Below, piece by piece: positions 59,394-64,000 of a stretch of 64,000 nucleotides of DNA (position 1 is its first letter; each line of letters starts with the position of its first letter). The notes beneath the pieces are model-generated. The model did not search any database, was not told the DNA's origin, and was given only the letters and a program-made list of their open reading frames with translations. This DNA is from Dehalococcoidia bacterium (GTDB lineage: Bacteria; Chloroflexota; Dehalococcoidia; JAUQQI01). The stretch lies in assembly GCA_034434875.1 (NCBI GenBank), contig DAOTYJ010000029.1:3581-67580 (forward strand), read 5' to 3'. The position numbers and the translations under genes were made by a program.

Positions 59394-62300
59394 CTAACCG
59401 GCCCGAACCCGGTAGATGGTTACCGGCCCTGCCCGGTAAGCGACCTCCAGAAGGCCCTGCCGGGCCATCTCCTCAAACTTGGCCAGCCCGGTCGGGTCGT
59501 AATAGGCCCGTTCCAGCTCCCCGACGACGACGTACCGGACGCGGTATCTGGCCAGCAGGCGGAGGGCCTGGGCCGGGTCGGGGGTATTATAAATGGCGGC
59601 CACGTCCTGGGTCCGCCGCTCGACCAGGGGCTCGGTGTAGATGGCCCGCTGCTGGCGCTCGTGCCAGTTCCAACCGATAACGGCCGGCAGGCCGGTGTAA
59701 ACCGAGAAGCGGGCGCCCCACCGGTATTCGGGGGTGTGGCCCTCGAGGATAACGGGCGACCCCCGGACGTTATCCAGAAGCCAGTCGATGGCCCCCAGGT
59801 CGTGCCTGAGGGTGAGGGGCTGGCGGTCGGCGTAGACGGCCCTTTCCATAAAGGCCCGGCCGTCCAGGGTAAAGCCTTCGGCCCCGGGGAAGCGGTCCCG
59901 GATTTTTGCGGCCGTGGCCAGGACCGGGTAGCTTAAGGCCGCCGCCAGGAGCACCCCCAGGACGGCAAACCAGGCTTGCCGGACGGACGGATTCCAGCCG
60001 CGAACTGCCCGAAGCAGGTCGGCCAGGCCGACGGCGGCCGAAAGGCCCCAGAGGACCCAGACCTGGACGTAGAACTTAAAGACCGTGTTCATCCGGCCGA
60101 TGTCGCCCCGCAGAACCACAACCTCCACGGCCAGGGTGAGGGCGGCCCCGGCGCCCGCCAGGGCAAAGGCCAGCCGGCGGAGGCCCGAGACTTCCGGCCG
60201 GATAAAGTTGAGCAGGCTCAGCCCCAGAAGGACGGCGGCCGTAAGCTGAGCCCCGGCCCCGGCGGCCAGCGAAACGCCGGCCAGGGCCAGGCCGGCGTAG
60301 AAAATCAGCCGCTCGGTAAGGTCGGACCTCGGACGCGGAAGGGGCCAGGCTTCCCCGAGGAGCCAGGAACCTAGGACGAAGATAAAGAGGCCGTGCACCG
60401 TAAGGTAGTCTAAGAGCCCGGTTCGGGGGCCCCGCCAGACCTCAAAGGCGGTGTAGGGGACGGCGTAGTGGGCAAAAAACGGCCAGAAAAGAACCCGGCT
60501 TAATACCAGAATGGCCGCCGCCTGCCAGCCGCAGGCCAGGGCCCAGTTCAGGTCGAGGCGGCCCAGCCGCCGGTACTCGGCCAGGCCGATGGCCAGCACC
60601 CCCAGACCCAGGTAGGTGGGGAAATCCCAGGTGTTGGCCGGCCAGAGGGCCCCGATAACCAGGCCGAGGAGGAGAACCCGCAGCAGGCGGGCCCCGATGC
60701 CCTCGGCCTTGGGGGGCGCGGCCACCGCCCCAACCGCCCCGGCCAGGGCCCCCAGGGTGAGGGGCAGGGCCAGCAGGTGGGGGTGGAGGTCGGCGTAAAG
60801 GAACGTAAAAAAGGGAAACTCGTTAATGGTATCCGGGATCACCCGGGTCGGGTTCCAGTAGGGCCACTCCGGCCGGAAGGGGAGGGGCTGGCCCTCGGCC
60901 AGCACCCGCCCGAGGCCGGCGATTACCCGGAGCAGGCCGCCCAGGCCGGGGACCGTGCTCCGGACGTCCCCGCCGAGGGCGGCCAGGCCCTCCAGATAAA
61001 GTTTCGCCTCCCCCAGGTTGCCCAGGACGGCCACAAAGAGGGCCCCCAGCAGGCCGAAGAGCACCGTCCGCCCGGGTCTCGGGTGCCCGACCAGGCCGGC
61101 GGCAACCCCAAAGGCCCCGGCCGCCGTCAGGCCGAACCAGGTGGGGACCGCCAGGTTGTAGGCGACCCACGGCAGGATCCCCGTAAGCTTGATAAGGACG
61201 GCCGCCAGAACGAAGCCGAAGTAGTAATAGTTGATATACCCGCCGGCAAACCAGGGGTCGTAGGGGGGAAAGTGGGGGCTCCGGAGGACCGCATTAAGAA
61301 AAGCCAGGTCCATCGGCTTTTCGCCCCCCATAATCGGGTGCCAGAGGTCGGGGTTGCCCATCCGGATGAGCAAAAAAGCCCCGAAACCGCCCAGAAAGAC
61401 GGCCTCCCCCGCCCCCACGGCCCACCAGCGCCCCGCAAAGAATTCCCGGAGCTCCCACCGGGTCTTCCAGGCGAACCCCAGGCCCAGCCCGACCAGCCCG
61501 GCCAGGCCGGCGGCCACGGCCAGGTTGCCGAAGGCGAAGAGCCGCAGACTTGCCCCAAACCAGACCCCCCAGCCCAGGGCCGTCAGGCCGAAAATTTTCG
61601 CCACGGCCCAGCCCCCATCGGGCAGGCCCCCCAGGGCCGCCCGGACGATGGGGAAGGCCGCCAGGCCGATGACCTCCACGGCCAGAAGCCAGGCCAGCAC
61701 CCCGAGAAGCCCGCCGGCGCTGACGGGGCTTTGCCGGTCGAAGGCCTCCGACCAGGTGAAGGCCTGCTCGTAGACAGCCAGGTCCTCCGGCCGGAGCATC
61801 AGGCCGGTGGGGGCGCGGCTCGCCTCCAGGGGGGTCACCCGGCGGACAGCCTCCCAGTCGACACCGCCCAGAATCCGCTCGGCCCGGGCCCGGGAGTAGG
61901 CCGGAGTCTTTTTAAAGATATCCACCTGAGGGTGGTCGTAGACGGTAAAGGCCTCTTCGGCCCCCTGGTCGTTGACGGTCAGGCCGAAAAGGCCGGGGAA
62001 GGAGTTAAAGGTCCTTACCCGCTCGAAGCCCAGCTCCCCGCCGAAGAGGGCCTGGTAGTAGCGGGTCGTCATCGGGTAGCGCATCGGCAGGCGGGGAATG
62101 GACCCGTAAAGCCGGTTGCTGCTCAGGATGATGTAGTCGGCCTGGTCCAGCTTGTCCAGCAGGCCCGACCCCGGCTGATTCGGGTAGCCGTAAAGCTTTT
62201 CGGGGGTATCGTCGTTGTAAAGGGGCAGTTCGACCCCCCGGTAAAGCTCGGCCGGGTTCCGACCGTCGATGGGGAGGGGAAGGGGGTCGTCCCAGTGCTC

Positions 62301-63695
62301 GTAGGCCAGGACCGAACCCGGGGGGATGTTGGCGTAGATCCAGCGGGAGGCTTCGATGCGGGAGTGGGGCTGGCGGTAAACCTGGGTAAAGGCCAGGGCC
62401 CACAGGACGGTGGCCCCGACCACGGCCGCCACCAGCCCGGCCGCGGCCGCCGCCCCGACCCGGCCCAACCGGCCCCGGGCTTCCCAGAGGCGGGCCAGCA
62501 GATAGGCGGCCAGCAGGACCAGGCTCGGGTAGCTGGGGAAAAGGTAGCGCATGGCGGGGATAAACCCCCCGCCCAGGTAGCCGAAAACCAGCAAGACCCA
62601 GGCAAGGGGGAGCAGGTGCTCGGTGCGCCGGCGGAAGAGGGCCTCGTAGGCGGCGAAGGCCACCCCGGCCCAGGCCGTCAGGCCCAGGGGCCAGCCCAGC
62701 CCCCACTGCACCATGTTCACCCACGGGAAAACGTAGGGCGTCCGGAAGGCCCACTGGTGGCTTGGGGGGTAGTCGATTTCGCCGGCGATGAGCCGGCCGA
62801 CCATGTCCATATCCTGGACCCACTGGGGGTTTAAGCCCAGGCCCGCAAACGCGTAGGGCTGGGCCACCCGGAAGGCCAGGAAGGCCGCCGCCAGGGTAAG
62901 GCCGAAGCCGGCCGCGGCCCCCAGCAGGGACGCCTGCCCCCCGGCCGGGCGGGCCTGAAGGTAAAATTCCCAGCCGCCGACGCGTCCCGACCAGCCCCGG
63001 GGGGCGGTGGGCTGGGGGCCCGGCCGGCCCCGCAGGTGGAGCCAGCGAAGGGCCCAGGCCAGGGCCGCTATTACCCCGAAAAGGCCCAGGTTTATCTTCG
63101 TGGCCAGGGCCAGCCCGAAGCTCAAGCCCAGGCCGAGCAGGGCCGGGAAGGCCCGGCCCCCAAAGGCGAGCTCAACGGCAAAGTAAAGGCCCAGGGTCAC
63201 CAGAAAAGTTCCGGGGGCATCTACGGTCCAGAAGTGGGCCTGCTGGATGTGGAGGACGGTGAAGGCCAGCAGGCCGGCGGCCAGCAGGCCCACCCCCGTC
63301 CCGTAAAGCCGGCGCCCGATAAAAAAGACGACCAGGACGGTGCCCAGGTCGAGCAGGGCCGAGAGGGCCCGGCCCACCAGAAAGATGCGGTCGTAGCCGG
63401 GCATGTCCAGAAGCTTTTCGGCGACGAACTTGGTGAGAAAGAGGGGAAAGGTTCCGTAGACGTAGGTGCCGAAATTGCGGTTGTATGGGTTGAGGGGGGA
63501 GGCCGCCGTGTCGAAATATTCGCCCAGGCTTTGGGGCCACCCGAGGGCGGTGGCCACCATGGTGATAAAGCGCTCGTCGGGGTGCAGGTGGGTGTTCTGG
63601 TCCCAGTTAAGGCCCTGAAAGCGTAAAGCCGCCGCGGCCCCCAGGATGAGCAGGAGAAGGGGCAAGGTCCGGCCCGGCGCCGACCAGCGCTTCAT
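59394..63695 (-). CDS. Giant (1433 aa) polytopic membrane protein with two tandem DUF2298-like / GT-C-like modules
   Basis: Module 1 loop motif LNWDQNTHLHPDERFITM; module 2 loop motif GNPDLWHPIMGGEKPMDLAFLNAVLRSPHFPPYDPWFAGGYINYYYFGFVL; >25 predicted TM helices and a central soluble domain. Confidence 0.6.
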   Translation of the reverse strand: MKRWSAPGRTLPLLLLILGAAAALRFQGLNWDQNTHLHPDERFITMVATALGWPQSLGEYFDTAASPLNPYNRNFGTYVYGTFPLFLTKFVAEKLLDMPGYDRIFLVGRALSALLDLGTVLVVFFIGRRLYGTGVGLLAAGLLAFTVLHIQQAHFWTVDAPGTFLVTLGLYFAVELAFGGRAFPALLGLGLSFGLALATKINLGLFGVIAALAWALRWLHLRGRPGPQPTAPRGWSGRVGGWEFYLQARPAGGQASLLGAAAGFGLTLAAAFLAFRVAQPYAFAGLGLNPQWVQDMDMVGRLIAGEIDYPPSHQWAFRTPYVFPWVNMVQWGLGWPLGLTAWAGVAFAAYEALFRRRTEHLLPLAWVLLVFGYLGGGFIPAMRYLFPSYPSLVLLAAYLLARLWEARGRLGRVGAAAAAGLVAAVVGATVLWALAFTQVYRQPHSRIEASRWIYANIPPGSVLAYEHWDDPLPLPIDGRNPAELYRGVELPLYNDDTPEKLYGYPNQPGSGLLDKLDQADYIILSSNRLYGSIPRLPMRYPMTTRYYQALFGGELGFERVRTFNSFPGLFGLTVNDQGAEEAFTVYDHPQVDIFKKTPAYSRARAERILGGVDWEAVRRVTPLEASRAPTGLMLRPEDLAVYEQAFTWSEAFDRQSPVSAGGLLGVLAWLLAVEVIGLAAFPIVRAALGGLPDGGWAVAKIFGLTALGWGVWFGASLRLFAFGNLAVAAGLAGLVGLGLGFAWKTRWELREFFAGRWWAVGAGEAVFLGGFGAFLLIRMGNPDLWHPIMGGEKPMDLAFLNAVLRSPHFPPYDPWFAGGYINYYYFGFVLAAVLIKLTGILPWVAYNLAVPTWFGLTAAGAFGVAAGLVGHPRPGRTVLFGLLGALFVAVLGNLGEAKLYLEGLAALGGDVRSTVPGLGGLLRVIAGLGRVLAEGQPLPFRPEWPYWNPTRVIPDTINEFPFFTFLYADLHPHLLALPLTLGALAGAVGAVAAPPKAEGIGARLLRVLLLGLVIGALWPANTWDFPTYLGLGVLAIGLAEYRRLGRLDLNWALACGWQAAAILVLSRVLFWPFFAHYAVPYTAFEVWRGPRTGLLDYLTVHGLFIFVLGSWLLGEAWPLPRPRSDLTERLIFYAGLALAGVSLAAGAGAQLTAAVLLGLSLLNFIRPEVSGLRRLAFALAGAGAALTLAVEVVVLRGDIGRMNTVFKFYVQVWVLWGLSAAVGLADLLRAVRGWNPSVRQAWFAVLGVLLAAALSYPVLATAAKIRDRFPGAEGFTLDGRAFMERAVYADRQPLTLRHDLGAIDWLLDNVRGSPVILEGHTPEYRWGARFSVYTGLPAVIGWNWHERQQRAIYTEPLVERRTQDVAAIYNTPDPAQALRLLARYRVRYVVVGELERAYYDPTGLAKFEEMARQGLLEVAYRAGPVTIYRVRAG

Positions 63696-63720
63696 CGCTA
63701 AAAAGTTAACACAAACGGGT

Positions 63721-63750
63721 TTGACAAGCCTGGGCAGGCGTCCATATATT
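63721..63750 (+). promoter_or_regulatory. Candidate promoter TTGACA-N18-TATATT
   Basis: Seen directly, 10 nt upstream of the ATG at 63761. Confidence 0.45.
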
Positions 63751-63760
63751 GCCGATTGGG

Positions 63761-64000
63761 ATGGGTACGACGGAGCGGGAAGAGCTTCTGGCCGAAATCG
63801 AGCGGCTCCGGGCCGAGAACGAGCGGCTTAAGGCCCAGATCGAGGGCGAGCTTATCCGCCGCATCGCCCAGCTGAACGCCCTCCACCGGGTTAATGCCGC
63901 CGCCAACAGCTCCCTCAACCTGGACGAGATGCTCCGCCTTACCGTCCACACCGTCAACGAGGTGATGCGCACCGACGCCTGCTCCGTCTACCTGTTCGAG
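63761..64000 (+). CDS. GAF-domain-containing protein, N-terminal part (continues beyond the window)
   Basis: Coiled-coil EELLAEIERLRAENERLKAQIEGE followed by a GAF-like segment …LDEMLRLTVHTVNEVMRTDACSVYLF. Confidence 0.5.
   Translation, partial: MGTTEREELLAEIERLRAENERLKAQIEGELIRRIAQLNALHRVNAAANSSLNLDEMLRLTVHTVNEVMRTDACSVYLFE

Overview
High-GC (~70%) bacterial chromosomal segment with Chloroflexi/Thermus-like gene content (GT39 plus DUF2298-type giant membrane glycosyltransferases, Tat lipoproteins, a Bacillus/Thermus-type pyr operon). Mostly housekeeping: ggt, the aroQ-pepP-efp cluster, topA-dprA, mntH-usp, a NitT/TauT ABC transporter, tatA, menB-menA, TetR/ArsR regulators, a complete pyrR-pyrB-pyrC-carA-carB-pyrK-pyrD operon with a PyrR attenuator box, VOC, a citrate-synthase-like gene and the start of a GAF protein. 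Items worth a second look: (1) a polyprenyl-phosphate-sugar based protein-glycosylation-like operon (GT39 - GT2 DPM1-like - hypothetical - GT39) convergent with an SF1 Upf1-like helicase plus a small coupled Cys-rich ORF; (2) a lower-GC island (33.2-40.85 kb) carrying DUF3309 and GlsB small membrane proteins, a PRC-MgtE_N-CBS gene paired with a Nramp-like transporter, and an orphan phage terminase large subunit plus portal, lying next to an EPS module (BY-kinase, LCP, GT2); (3) an unusual coiled-coil gene inserted between pyrK and pyrD; (4) a striking density of disrupted genes (dprA, ABC permease, rhomboid, glycogen debranching enzyme, family-5 SBP, a low-GC hypothetical, MgtE_N-CBS, the Nramp-like gene, a DinB-like gene). 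The lesions are homopolymer indels, four in-frame TAG codons, an 8-bp tandem duplication, and recurring AT-rich micro-patches. No rRNA, tRNA or CRISPR was recognised. Coordinates of starts are approximate where alternative start codons exist.
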